Assembly: GCA_036337945.1 (NCBI GenBank)
Contig: JAYZDF010000063.1
Span: 26,560 to 90,559 of the forward strand
Length of the DNA stretch: 64,000 nt
Direction of reading: 5' to 3'
Source: Myxococcota bacterium
Lineage (GTDB): Bacteria > Myxococcota > Kuafuiibacteriia > Kuafuiibacteriales > Kuafuiibacteriaceae
Of this stretch, positions 38,442 through 48,543 are shown piece by piece. The notes under the pieces were generated by a model that was not told the origin of the DNA, did not search any database, and worked only from the letters and a program-made list of their open reading frames with translations. The translations under genes were made by a program, and so were the position numbers. The stretch's first letter is position 1; every line of letters begins with the position of its first letter.

Positions 38442-41400
38442 ATGGGATATTCAAGAACGTTTTTGAACAGAATCGGGTTTTGTTTGCTGTTTGCAGCAGG
38501 CCTTCCAAAGTGCAGTTGTGACGAATCCGGCGGGATTCAGAGAGCCGCTGTCGAGATGAAGCTGACGCTGATGGAAGTTGATCCGTGCTTGCAACAAGCC
38601 ATCGGCCGAGACATCCCGGACGACTACGAAAGCATCAACCTGGCACAAGTGACAGACTTTGGCTCTAAGGGTGAAAGAATCTTTGAGATTCGCTCGATCG
38701 GAACTGCCCCTCTTCAAGTTCAAGCTGTGTCTCTTTCCGAAGTCGATGAAGAATTCACACTCGAAGTTCTTGATAACCAAGATCAGCCGCTCGTTTTACC
38801 CGCGGTTCTCACGCCGACTGCAGACGTTAATGCTCCGCCAGCGATAAAAGTGAAGGTCTCTTACTCCGCAGTCGACGCCGAGCCAGACTCGATAAAATTA
38901 TTGATTGAAACGGATGATCCCAATCGAAGTAACATCGAATTTGGTCTTTCTGCAGGGAAGGGCAAACTGGAAATATGCGGCACAAACGGCTGTGCAGAGG
39001 GTGCTAGCGTTGAATTTGGCGATGTTCCGCAAAATGAATCTGCAACTCAACAGCTGACGTTGAAGAATGTTGGTGAGGGAGACCTTGATATTCGGTCGCT
39101 GACCCTTGCTTCTCTGTCATCAGAGTTTTGTGCGCCGGAAGTGACGAGCATTGAGGGTAGTGTTCCGGGCTGCAATTTGGTTCAGCTCTGCACTACTCTT
39201 AAACCGGGCGAAGAATACGTAGTCAACGTCACCTACACACCCGCGGACGGTGGAGAAGATACCGGCGTAATTCGCGTCGTTTCTGGTGATGCAACTCAGG
39301 GGACCATTGAAGTTCCAATTAATGGAGTTGGATCAGGTCCTGCCGTTTGTGCTTGTTTGGTTGACGGAAGTGATTGCAACCCTGTGTCGACCGTCGATTT
39401 TGGATTTGTTGATATTGGCGATACGAAGTCACAAATCGTGCGTCTGACCTCGTGTGGAACGGAGCCGGTTGATCTCGTCGAAGCTGGACTCGAGACCGAT
39501 GCTTCGAGCTTTTACAACACAGATCCTGAATTCATGATGGTTCGCAACTTTGCGCCAGGTAATTTACAGCCTGGGGATTTCACGGAAGGAGAAATCACTT
39601 ACTCGCCGGTCACAGGTGGAGAAAACCGGGGTGGCATTCGGTTTCGTTCGATGCAGCAGGCCTCGCCAAGCTGGATTGCCCTCGTTGGTAAGACAGCGAC
39701 ATGTGATTTAGAGGCTGTACCTGGTCAACTCAACTTTGGCTCGATTGCCGGCGGCGCAACCGCAGACCGCACGGTCATCCTGAGCAATAACGGAGCAGCC
39801 GATTGCGTCATCAGTGCCATCAACGATCCCAGCTCCGCGGAGTTCACGTTCACAAATAAACCGATGTTGCCTCTGACAATTGGGCCGGGAGCATCTGAAA
39901 GCTTGACGGTTCGATACGCCTCACCAGTTCGCGCGACGCCAACTGGCGATAGCGCGACTTTCGTCGTTACTTCGAACGAACCCGCTCCAGATCAAGACGT
40001 CACAGTCAGTCTTGTCGCACAAGGCGGCGGCGCTGCAACTTGCGCGATTGACGTTCAACCTACAGGCGCAACCTTCGGTACTCGCGACGGCCAACTGTTA
40101 TTTGGTGCGGTTAACATCGGCTACAGTCAAACGCAATCGATTCGGGTGACTAATGTCGGCAACGCAAATTGCGAAATAACTTCTTTCAACATGACCGTTC
40201 AAGATCCCGGCGAATTCTCAGTTGCAGCTATGCCACTGCCGATCGTTATTGCTCCTCAAGCGACGGGCACCATTGACGTTACTTTTGCTCCAACGCATCC
40301 AATCATGGGAGGTCTCATACCGTTCCCTTGGTACGGCACAATTAGAAACTACGTTGATTTCGTTGTAGCCGGTCCAGGACTGGTCAAGACAGACTGGTCG
40401 ATCGGTATTCGCGCAACTCCAACGGAGCCAACGATCGACATCATTCCTGGAGAGCTCGATTTTGGAGTGGTCACGTTCGATAATCCGCGCCAGCCAGACA
40501 ATCGCAGCAGCTGTGGTTCTGAACGTCGTACTCTCCGAGTATACAACTCGGGTTCTGGAGATTTGGCTGTTACCTCTGTCTACATTGATACAACTTCAGA
40601 TTCCGTATTTGAAATCTCCGGGGTGTCTAAGAATGGTAATCCACTCTCACCACCTTATGCTGCGACTGTTGCGCCTGGCGAAAATATGGAATTAACCTTG
40701 CGCTTCTTCCCCACTCGCATAAGTCCAGCACAACACTCAGGTTTGTTGGTCATTGAAAATGATGTGACCATGCAAAGTACAGTGCCGCTGTCAGGTGAGG
40801 GAACAGCCAATGCTCAGCAAACAGATATTTTTGAGCAGCTGACGGAAAATAAGGTCGATATTTTATGGGTGATCGACGATTCCGGCTCAATGAGCGAAGA
40901 GCAAAGTAATCTCGCGAGCAACATCACCTGGTTCACTCAATATGCAAACAGCATCAACGTCGACTGGCAGATGGGCGTGACTACTACCGAAGTTAACGAT
41001 GCGGTCTCGGGTCATATTTGGGGCTGCAGTGGGTTCAACAAGATCATCACCCATAGTGACCCCATGAACGTTCAGGCGTTTCAGTGTGCCGCTCGGGTGA
41101 CCAATCCACCTAACGGGAACTCTCGTCCCAACCAGGGAGGTTCGGATGAACAAGAAGCTGGTCTAAAGGCGGCTCGAATTGCCCTTGATGCGCCGGTTCG
41201 CGATAATGAGAACGCAGGTTTCCTTCGCGCTGATGCTCGTCTTGCAATCATTATCGTATCCGACGAGGAAGATCAGTCGGATGGTGGCGTCAACTTGTAC
41301 GTTGATTTCTTCAAACAACTCAAAGGCTTTAGGAATCCTCAGCTGGTGAGCGTATCAGCAATCACGGGTGATGTTCCTAACGGCTGCGCCACAGCAGATG

Positions 41401-41711
41401 CAGCACCTCGATACGCAGACGCTGTCTCTCAGCTAAACGGGCAGTTTGAATCTATCTGTAACCAGGATTGGACGACAATGCTGCAAAACATCGGGCTCGA
41501 TGTTTTCGCACTTCGTACAACTTGGACGCTCAGTCGACCTGCTGACCAAAGCACAATTACCGTACGAGTGAACGGAAATGTTCTTTCGCCAGGTAGCTCT
41601 AACGGATGGACTTTCGACCCAACAACAAATGCCGTGACGATGAATGGCTCGGGGATCCCCCAGCCTGGATCACGGATCGAGATTCAATACACTGCGCAAT
41701 GTTTGCCATAA
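38442..41711 (+). CDS. large secreted adhesin-like protein with at least 6 choice-of-anchor-D / ASH-type beta-sandwich repeats and a C-terminal von Willebrand factor A domain
   Basis: Signal peptide with Cys (LPKCSC). Repeats of the form [LV]xFGxVxxG(x6-8)LxNxGxxxLxI, for example VEFGDVPQNESATQQLTLKNVGEGDLDI, VDFGFVDIGDTKSQIVRLTSCGTEPVDL, LNFGSIAGGATADRTVILSNNGAADCVI. MIDAS motif ILWVIDDSGSM. Confidence 0.75.
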   Translation: MGYSRTFLNRIGFCLLFAAGLPKCSCDESGGIQRAAVEMKLTLMEVDPCLQQAIGRDIPDDYESINLAQVTDFGSKGERIFEIRSIGTAPLQVQAVSLSEVDEEFTLEVLDNQDQPLVLPAVLTPTADVNAPPAIKVKVSYSAVDAEPDSIKLLIETDDPNRSNIEFGLSAGKGKLEICGTNGCAEGASVEFGDVPQNESATQQLTLKNVGEGDLDIRSLTLASLSSEFCAPEVTSIEGSVPGCNLVQLCTTLKPGEEYVVNVTYTPADGGEDTGVIRVVSGDATQGTIEVPINGVGSGPAVCACLVDGSDCNPVSTVDFGFVDIGDTKSQIVRLTSCGTEPVDLVEAGLETDASSFYNTDPEFMMVRNFAPGNLQPGDFTEGEITYSPVTGGENRGGIRFRSMQQASPSWIALVGKTATCDLEAVPGQLNFGSIAGGATADRTVILSNNGAADCVISAINDPSSAEFTFTNKPMLPLTIGPGASESLTVRYASPVRATPTGDSATFVVTSNEPAPDQDVTVSLVAQGGGAATCAIDVQPTGATFGTRDGQLLFGAVNIGYSQTQSIRVTNVGNANCEITSFNMTVQDPGEFSVAAMPLPIVIAPQATGTIDVTFAPTHPIMGGLIPFPWYGTIRNYVDFVVAGPGLVKTDWSIGIRATPTEPTIDIIPGELDFGVVTFDNPRQPDNRSSCGSERRTLRVYNSGSGDLAVTSVYIDTTSDSVFEISGVSKNGNPLSPPYAATVAPGENMELTLRFFPTRISPAQHSGLLVIENDVTMQSTVPLSGEGTANAQQTDIFEQLTENKVDILWVIDDSGSMSEEQSNLASNITWFTQYANSINVDWQMGVTTTEVNDAVSGHIWGCSGFNKIITHSDPMNVQAFQCAARVTNPPNGNSRPNQGGSDEQEAGLKAARIALDAPVRDNENAGFLRADARLAIIIVSDEEDQSDGGVNLYVDFFKQLKGFRNPQLVSVSAITGDVPNGCATADAAPRYADAVSQLNGQFESICNQDWTTMLQNIGLDVFALRTTWTLSRPADQSTITVRVNGNVLSPGSSNGWTFDPTTNAVTMNGSGIPQPGSRIEIQYTAQCLP

Positions 41712-41762
41712 AGCTAGGCTAAACAACTCCTTTCTCCAACAATCGTCGCGGTTCGAAAGTTT

Positions 41763-43130
41763 TTGTTCTATAACCGCTACGTCGTGGCTCGGTTTCCCGT
41801 AGATGCAGAAGGCCCGCGTTATAAACGCTCCGGTCGACTCAAACGCTTTGTGCGTCTGAGCACCGCTGCAGCCTCTATTGCCGGCTCTGCGGTCGTGAAG
41901 CGAGTTGGTCAAAAGCTCAAGTCCCAGGAGGACGACCAAGCGGATGCTTTGAGGGATGCCTTAGTAGGACAGGCAGACCATTTAGTAAAAACAATGGGAG
42001 AAATGAAGGGCGCGGCTATGAAGATCGGCCAAATGCTGTCTGTAGCGCCGGATGTTGTTCCGAGGGAATTCGCAGAAAAAATTAAAGCTCTCCAGGCAGA
42101 GTCAGTGCCGATGCCATACGAGTTGGTTTCAGAACAAATTGAAAAGTCACTAGGCCTGCCGCTCGTTGATGTATTTCATTATTTCGACCCGGAACCCATT
42201 GGTGCTGCTTCTATTGGTCAGGTTCACAAAGCTCGATTGTTCGACGGACGTGAAGTTGCAGTTAAAATTCAATATCCCGACATTAAAGATACCTTAGAAG
42301 CAGATCTCAAAAACCTTGGAAATTTAGCCGGACTGACGTTGGCCTTCGCTGACAAAAGCATCGTGGACGATTTCATGGAAGAAATACGTCAAGGAATCAT
42401 GGACGAGGCGGATTACAACAAAGAAGCCGAAAGCTTAAAAAAGTATGGTGCAATTCTTTCTGAGCATCCTGATATTGTTGTCCCAAGAGTGGTTGATGAA
42501 TATTCTGGAGATTGTGTCCTCACCATGGAATTCATGGAAGGGCAAAAACTAGATGTAGCTGTGGATGCACTTCCCACCCAAGAAGAAAAAGACCGGGTTG
42601 GTTATATGTTCTCAGAAATCTATGTTTGGATGTTCCATGAAAAATTTCTTCTGCATGCAGACCCGCATCCTGGTAATTTTCTCCTCACGCCGGATAAGAA
42701 AATTGGCATGCTGGATTTCGGTTGTATCAGGGAATATGACCCCGAGTTCTGCGACACTTGGTTAGAGATTCTTATCGCGAAATGGAATCACGACAAGGAC
42801 GATCTTCCTCGAGTCTTCAAAAAACTAGGCTTTACGGGCATGCGTGGGAGTGCTGGTGCAAATGCATCACAACTTAATGAAATCGCCGAAATGACCGTCA
42901 CCCCGTTTTTATACGATCGTACATTTGATTGGGGGGAGTGGCATCCCCAAGAAGAACTCAATCAGTTTTTCCGCGGCAACCTTGGGCTCATGCAATATGC
43001 GTCTCCTCCGAAGGCTATTTTCTATTTCCGAGTGGCCTTAGGTGTCTGGGGCTTCTTGCAACGCTGCCACATCAAGGGGAATTGGTACAAGCTGGCGCGA
43101 GAAGTAGCCGAAAAACGCGGAAAGCTGTAG
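41763..43130 (+). CDS. ABC1/UbiB-family atypical protein kinase
   Basis: KIGQMLS...PIGAASIGQVHKARL..GREVAVKIQYP and FHADPHPGNFLL...IGMLDFG. Confidence 0.8.
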   Translation: MFYNRYVVARFPVDAEGPRYKRSGRLKRFVRLSTAAASIAGSAVVKRVGQKLKSQEDDQADALRDALVGQADHLVKTMGEMKGAAMKIGQMLSVAPDVVPREFAEKIKALQAESVPMPYELVSEQIEKSLGLPLVDVFHYFDPEPIGAASIGQVHKARLFDGREVAVKIQYPDIKDTLEADLKNLGNLAGLTLAFADKSIVDDFMEEIRQGIMDEADYNKEAESLKKYGAILSEHPDIVVPRVVDEYSGDCVLTMEFMEGQKLDVAVDALPTQEEKDRVGYMFSEIYVWMFHEKFLLHADPHPGNFLLTPDKKIGMLDFGCIREYDPEFCDTWLEILIAKWNHDKDDLPRVFKKLGFTGMRGSAGANASQLNEIAEMTVTPFLYDRTFDWGEWHPQEELNQFFRGNLGLMQYASPPKAIFYFRVALGVWGFLQRCHIKGNWYKLAREVAEKRGKL

Positions 43131-43143
43131 ACTAAGATCCGGC

Positions 43144-44115
43144 GTGACAACACAAAGTCGTTATCAACTCCGAAGCTTGTCTCTTGGCGAGATATTGGAT
43201 GAATCTTTCATCTTATTTAGGGAAAGCTGGCTAAAGCTCATCGTCTTTCAGCTCATCGTGTTTGTCCCAACAGCTCTCATTGAAATTCTTGTCATTCGAT
43301 ACATCGGCAATTTAGCTCTGAACTATCTCAACTCGGGAGCTACAAGCGAAGAATGGGGTGGCGGAGCGCTCGTTTTCTTATTGAGCGGAGGCATGTCGAT
43401 ATTTGTGATTCAAATGATTGTCGCTCCCGTTGTCGGTTGTGTCCTTACGAAAGCGATTGCTGATTCTTACTTGTCGAAACGCTGGGGGATGCGTGAGCTG
43501 GTGAATGCTGCCATCAAATATGCTTTGCCCGCAATTGGGCTAGGTGTACTCGTAGCTGGAATTTGGATGCTCACGATTTGCATCCCTGTCTCCATTGGCG
43601 TTTCGCTTGCCTATGTTACTGTTGCAACCGGCAGTGTCTCTGGTCTCCTCACGTTTGTGCTTTACGGACTCGTCGCCATCATTTTTGGAGTCCCTGCCTT
43701 ACTGGGAGGCATTTATGTAAACTTGCGGTTTGCGCTCGCCTTCTGCGTCATGGTCCTCGAGGACAAGAAAATAGTCGATAGTCTTTCTCGTTCAGCGCGC
43801 CTGATGTCCGGGAGATATTGGGACGCATTCTCCTTGTGGTTCGTAATGTTCCTTATTTCAGTACTGCTCGGATTCGTTGCGACGTTATTTGTACCAAGTC
43901 CCTCTTTCGAAATGCTTCAGAGTGCACAATTACGGGAGCTAGTTCCTCAATTGGTTTCGTCTCAATCAATATCAACTGTATTGAGCGAATTTATGGGAAT
44001 GTTCAGTCGAACATTTATCGTTATTTGCTGGACACTTTATTACTTTTCAACTCGCTGTCGCCGAGAAGCTTTCGACTTAGTCATGCTATCGAAGAGCTTC
44101 GTGAAGAGGGCGTAA
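43144..44115 (+). CDS. polytopic membrane protein (DUF975 / GP-PDE-membrane-domain-like)
   Basis: N-terminus SLGEILDESFILFRESWLKL followed by 6-7 hydrophobic helices. 14 nt after the ABC1 kinase gene. Confidence 0.5.
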   Translation: MTTQSRYQLRSLSLGEILDESFILFRESWLKLIVFQLIVFVPTALIEILVIRYIGNLALNYLNSGATSEEWGGGALVFLLSGGMSIFVIQMIVAPVVGCVLTKAIADSYLSKRWGMRELVNAAIKYALPAIGLGVLVAGIWMLTICIPVSIGVSLAYVTVATGSVSGLLTFVLYGLVAIIFGVPALLGGIYVNLRFALAFCVMVLEDKKIVDSLSRSARLMSGRYWDAFSLWFVMFLISVLLGFVATLFVPSPSFEMLQSAQLRELVPQLVSSQSISTVLSEFMGMFSRTFIVICWTLYYFSTRCRREAFDLVMLSKSFVKRA

Positions 44116-44116
44116 T

Positions 44117-44761
44117 ATGTCACTTCCTCCTTCCGCAAGGGCTTTGGATATACATAAAGAAATCGAGTCGATCGTTTCGCAGCCAGAATATCGTCTCCAT
44201 GAAAATGAGGCGGAGAGTGTCCTAGAGGGTATAGGGAGTCTTGCGCAGGAAATTGTTACGTTCGCCCAAAAATTTCTTAACCAACTTTCTGACACAAACC
44301 CTATTGTTTTTTATATTATCCTTATCGGAGCGAGTGGATCTCTTCTTTTCCTTGCTTGGTGGAATATTCAGCAATTGAGGTTAGGGGCAATAAAGACCAG
44401 GAAGTCACATTTTGAAGGGAGCGGGACTTTTTATAGCCAGAACGCTCTGACCAAAAACATTAAAAGAGAGCTTGAGGAGGCCATTCGCGAGGACCAGTAT
44501 CTGAAGGCACTTCGAGCTCTTTTTCGCTTATATGTCATAGACCAAGAAGACGAGTTACGCAGTCTGGGTGTGGCATTGGGTACTCTAGACAGTCTGACCG
44601 TGCGAGAGGTTCTTGGGAGTTTGCCTAAAGAAAAAATTAAGGAGCTTGAACGGAATCAGGTTCTTAGCATCTTGGAAAAGAGCTTTTACGATAAATACGC
44701 TCTTTCGAAAGAAGACGTAAACGTTGTTGCTGAAGCGCTTGAGTACGAGAGACTGGCCTAG
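44117..44761 (+). CDS. hypothetical single-pass membrane protein (possibly DUF4129-like), in the MoxR-associated cluster
   Basis: Central TM IVFYIILIGASGSLLFLAWW. Starts 2 nt after the upstream gene. Confidence 0.45.
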   Translation: MSLPPSARALDIHKEIESIVSQPEYRLHENEAESVLEGIGSLAQEIVTFAQKFLNQLSDTNPIVFYIILIGASGSLLFLAWWNIQQLRLGAIKTRKSHFEGSGTFYSQNALTKNIKRELEEAIREDQYLKALRALFRLYVIDQEDELRSLGVALGTLDSLTVREVLGSLPKEKIKELERNQVLSILEKSFYDKYALSKEDVNVVAEALEYERLA

Positions 44762-44763
44762 TC

Positions 44764-46068
44764 ATGAAAAGCGTCAAAGAGATTATTCTTTTTCTCGTCA
44801 CGTTCGCAGTGGTTCCTAGCACGCTAGGAATAATTCTTTACCGCGATAATCCCGCTGTTCCTACCTCTAGTTACTCCACATCTCCTAATGGACATAAGGC
44901 ACTATACCAGCTCCTTTCTGCTTTTAATTATCAGTTGTCTCGTCGTCATATTGCCATCGATAAACGAATAGATGAAAGTGCGACCCTCATCGCGATCGAG
45001 CCCGGTGGGACATTTTTTCGTGATTTTCAAACAAAGTCAGATTCTTTTGTACGTTGGCTCCAAGACGGAAACTCAGCGCTTATAACCCTTGACTCAGATC
45101 CCGATAGTCTTGCTCAAAGAGACGATAGAGAAATCAAACGGATAGCTTGGATGCAGCGGGCAAAAGACTCTGTTGCCAACTTAGAGGAAACAGTGACGAC
45201 GACCAATGGAGAAACACGAGAACTTGTTCCGTCGTCAACGAAACGCAAAACTGAAGGCCCTTCTTATCTTTCGAAACTTTCGAAGTGGCTCACTATTTCT
45301 ATTCAAAGCAAAAGACACGATACGCTTGGTTTTGGTGATGTTCTTGTCACAAAGAGTGCAAAATCACCTTTAGACGGTTTGAAGCTTAGGGTTACGAGAC
45401 CGCGATTATTACAAGTCGACGCTCGTTATGAACTTGTGACGTCTGACGCCGGAACTCTGGTAGCCGCATTTCCTGTCGGGAAAGGTTCGGTATTTGTTCT
45501 TTCGGAACCTCGTTTGTTTCAAAATATGAATATTGCAAGGGGGGAAAATGCAATATTCGCGCTTCGATTGATTGAAGGTCTCGTGACGACTCCGAAAACC
45601 TCGCAACTTATCTTCGAAGAATTCAGTCACGCCGTAGCGCAAAGGTACACTTGGTCCGCATTCTTCTTAGACACTCCCAATGTTTACCTCTTTATGAGTT
45701 TTTTGCTTATTCTCGTCATAGCAGTATGGCAGCAAATGCCCCGCGAGTTTTCTCCAAAAAAGCTCAAGACCCAATCATTAAGCGCTCAGGCATCCATGAC
45801 CTCCGCGCTCGCCGGTCTTTATCGATTGACTCCTTCAACGAAAGAGCTTGCCTCAGCTTATCGTGAGTATTCTTTGCTGAGACTGAAGTACATGGTGTAC
45901 TTGCGAGGAGATACGAACCTTTACTCGGCTCTTGCCGAGACGACAAGTTTATCTCAGGAGGAGCTTGAAAGCATTTTTGAGCAACCTGACAATTTATCCA
46001 ATGACATTTTTGACCAAATTCGACGACAGCAAGAAGCTACTCGCATTTGTTTACAAAAAAATAATTGA
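44764..46068 (+). CDS. DUF4350-like membrane protein (TM helices at both ends), MoxR-associated
   Basis: N-terminal TM ILFLVTFAVVPSTLGIILY and near-C-terminal TM LFMSFLLILVIAVW. Precedes MoxR, as in the known DUF4129/DUF4350/MoxR/DUF58 clusters. Confidence 0.5.
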   Translation: MKSVKEIILFLVTFAVVPSTLGIILYRDNPAVPTSSYSTSPNGHKALYQLLSAFNYQLSRRHIAIDKRIDESATLIAIEPGGTFFRDFQTKSDSFVRWLQDGNSALITLDSDPDSLAQRDDREIKRIAWMQRAKDSVANLEETVTTTNGETRELVPSSTKRKTEGPSYLSKLSKWLTISIQSKRHDTLGFGDVLVTKSAKSPLDGLKLRVTRPRLLQVDARYELVTSDAGTLVAAFPVGKGSVFVLSEPRLFQNMNIARGENAIFALRLIEGLVTTPKTSQLIFEEFSHAVAQRYTWSAFFLDTPNVYLFMSFLLILVIAVWQQMPREFSPKKLKTQSLSAQASMTSALAGLYRLTPSTKELASAYREYSLLRLKYMVYLRGDTNLYSALAETTSLSQEELESIFEQPDNLSNDIFDQIRRQQEATRICLQKNN

Positions 46069-46119
46069 GGGCGACCTTGGATCCTGCAACAGGTGTCATG
46101 GTAATAATCGGGCGTAGTC

Positions 46120-47070
46120 ATGGAAGATCAAGTAGGCCTTGTCCAGAGTGTCGTCTCAAAGGGCGTAGGAGAAGTTGAAAAAATTATTTTCGGACAACGA
46201 GAATGTGTAATATCTGCCTATGTAGCATTGCTCTCAGGCGGACACTTATTGCTTGAAGGGGTGCCCGGGTTAGGAAAGACCTTGTTGGCTAAAAGCATCG
46301 CACAGACCGTGGATTGTGCTTTTGGACGAGTGCAGTTCACTCCAGACCTTATGCCGCTAGATATTATTGGTTCTAGTATTCTTCAAGAAAACCGATTTGT
46401 GTTTCACAGCGGACCAATATTCACAGATCTTTTACTTGCCGATGAAATTAATCGTGCTCCATCAAAGACGCAGAGCGCTCTTTTAGAGGCAATGCAAGAA
46501 GGTACGGTGACAGCCGATGGCGTAACACACCAGCTATCGGATTATTTCACGGTTATCGCCACTCAAAACCCGATTGATCAGGAAGGTACATATCCATTGC
46601 CTGAATCGGAAATCGATCGCTTCATGATGAAAGTAGTTATCGACTTTCCATCCGAGGAAGATGAGCTTCGTGTGATGAGCACTCATCATAGTCGTACCTC
46701 TGCTTTGACGAAGGACGATATTCAACCGGTGATTGATCGCACTGAACTTACGAACCTTCGGAACCTGGTTATGGATGTCTCAATCTCCGAAGACGTTATG
46801 ACATACGCGAACAGCCTTGTCCGAGCCACGAGGCAACATATTTCTGTTATGCACGGTGCTTCTCCACGGGCGGGAATATCTTTATTAAAGGCATGTAAAG
46901 CAAGTGCGGCAATTGATGGGCGTGCTTTCATTACACCTGATGACGTCAAACGATGGAGTTTACCGGTACTAAGGCACCGCCTGGTTTTAAAACCAGGTGC
47001 CGAGCTCAGCGGAACTTCTTCTGATGATGTGATACGAAATATTCTGGCCACAATGTCGGTGCCTACATAA
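46120..47070 (+). CDS. MoxR-family AAA+ ATPase
   Basis: GHLLLEGVPGLGKTLLAKSIA Walker A, LLADEINRAPSKTQSALLEAMQE Walker B/sensor region, about 316 aa. Confidence 0.9.
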   Translation: MEDQVGLVQSVVSKGVGEVEKIIFGQRECVISAYVALLSGGHLLLEGVPGLGKTLLAKSIAQTVDCAFGRVQFTPDLMPLDIIGSSILQENRFVFHSGPIFTDLLLADEINRAPSKTQSALLEAMQEGTVTADGVTHQLSDYFTVIATQNPIDQEGTYPLPESEIDRFMMKVVIDFPSEEDELRVMSTHHSRTSALTKDDIQPVIDRTELTNLRNLVMDVSISEDVMTYANSLVRATRQHISVMHGASPRAGISLLKACKASAAIDGRAFITPDDVKRWSLPVLRHRLVLKPGAELSGTSSDDVIRNILATMSVPT

Positions 47071-47076
47071 GTCTCG

Positions 47077-48513
47077 CTAAGTCTTGGGAGCTAAGACAAA
47101 CCTTATGGATTCATGGAGTTCGGAGTTTTTAATCTTGTCTTGACCCATGTTGGAATTCACCACGATTCGGGATGGGTTTTTTCTTTTTTCTTTTGGCTGC
47201 TTTAGTGAGCCCCCATGAGGCGCTCTGATAAAGGTATAGCCTTCGTTATATCCATCAAAAAGAAAAAGATACTCAGTGTCTTCCGAAGCGAGGCCCAGAA
47301 AGATCGGAGGAATTCTAAAATGTTCTGTAGATTTAGCTTTGAGGAAACTAATTGCCTTTGCCGGGCTTGTGATAATTCTAAATTCTAGACCGTATACCTC
47401 GCACAAAACTCTGGCGAGAACGTCAACATCTACAGAGCTACTGCCGGGCATAATCAAAGCTTCTTGTCCTCGCATGCCTTGTGGAAAGGCAACATCAAGT
47501 AGTCCTTCTAAAACTACTCCCATGAGATTAGGTTTGTGTGCCAGGCTATTTTGTTCGTGTAATCTCAATTGATGTTGGCTTGGCAGGTCAATAGTCGTCG
47601 TGCTCGTGACTTCATTCCAATATCGAAGCATTTCCGCGGGTGCATCAGAATACAAAGCAAATTCAATAGTGCGAAGCACGCTTGCACCTCCTTTCCCACG
47701 AATGATTGACGCGGGGCGAGCGAGTCTCTGAAGGGCCTGTCCAACGAACTCCTGGTGCAAAAAGCCTTGCCGAGTGAGGGCAGCGGATATTTTTGTTTTG
47801 TTAATAAAATCATCCAAACTGCTTACAAACGGTACATCCCGAAAGTCCGTATCTACGAACACGGAGCGATTACCCAATCGACGTTGACTGATCTCAACTA
47901 GGAGTTCTTTTTCGAGGGGAGATAATATTTCAAACATTTGCACTGCGGCTTTCTGTTGCAATACAGAAATTTCATGTAAACCGGACTGACAAGTGAGTTT
48001 ATAAGTTTGGCGAAGTTCTTCTAAAGGCTGGGGTGAATTAGCAATAAGGCGCAAAAGGATCTCCTGAAGTCCTGTGTCCAAATTGATGAATTTCTGGGCG
48101 TAAATTAGCCGCTGTAAGGCTCTTCTAGGCGAATTTGTAGCGTCTTCGAGTTTTCTACTCTCATGGACCCCTGTGAAAATAGTATCTAGAGTTTCTTTCT
48201 CGTTCGCAGAGAGTGCCGCCAAGGTGTCATCTTTGAGAGGCAGCTCAACGTCCACGATAACCCGCTCGTTAGAATGACATATAGACGATTCGTTCGTCGA
48301 GTGGCTCTTCTCTTTGCTTCTATATTCTTTCTGCTCTTCGTGGCTTTTGCTGCTAACCTCTTTGGTTATTTCGGTCGTTTCACTATCGACAGGCGGAACG
48401 GGCGGGGGTGAGGGAAAGTAACGACTACGTTCAGATGAAGCATTCTGAGTTTTTTTCTCTCGAATCTCCAAGGTGCCAACTTCGCGTTGGGACAGGGGTC
48501 GCTTTTTACTCAT
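47077..48513 (-). CDS. hypothetical orphan protein (disordered Ser/Lys/Glu-rich N-terminus plus about 350-aa folded domain) encoded antisense between MoxR and DUF58
   Basis: 478-aa uninterrupted ORF with no recognisable family motif. Confidence 0.5.
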   Translation of the reverse strand: MSKKRPLSQREVGTLEIREKKTQNASSERSRYFPSPPPVPPVDSETTEITKEVSSKSHEEQKEYRSKEKSHSTNESSICHSNERVIVDVELPLKDDTLAALSANEKETLDTIFTGVHESRKLEDATNSPRRALQRLIYAQKFINLDTGLQEILLRLIANSPQPLEELRQTYKLTCQSGLHEISVLQQKAAVQMFEILSPLEKELLVEISQRRLGNRSVFVDTDFRDVPFVSSLDDFINKTKISAALTRQGFLHQEFVGQALQRLARPASIIRGKGGASVLRTIEFALYSDAPAEMLRYWNEVTSTTTIDLPSQHQLRLHEQNSLAHKPNLMGVVLEGLLDVAFPQGMRGQEALIMPGSSSVDVDVLARVLCEVYGLEFRIITSPAKAISFLKAKSTEHFRIPPIFLGLASEDTEYLFLFDGYNEGYTFIRAPHGGSLKQPKEKRKNPSRIVVNSNMGQDKIKNSELHESIRFVLAPKT

Positions 48514-48543
48514 GACGATGCCACTCTAACACGGGAGCACTAA

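Noticed and set aside
41712-41762. tRNA T-loop-like GGTTCGAAAG in the spacer after the 1089-aa gene
   Set aside because: The spacer is only 51 nt and no acceptor, D or anticodon arm context is present; it is a chance match.
47276-47813. Plus-strand ORF 47276..47572 and minus-strand ORF 47565..47813 within the 478-aa orphan gene region
   Set aside because: They are shorter than, and nested in, the uninterrupted 478-aa minus-strand ORF, which is the more parsimonious gene.
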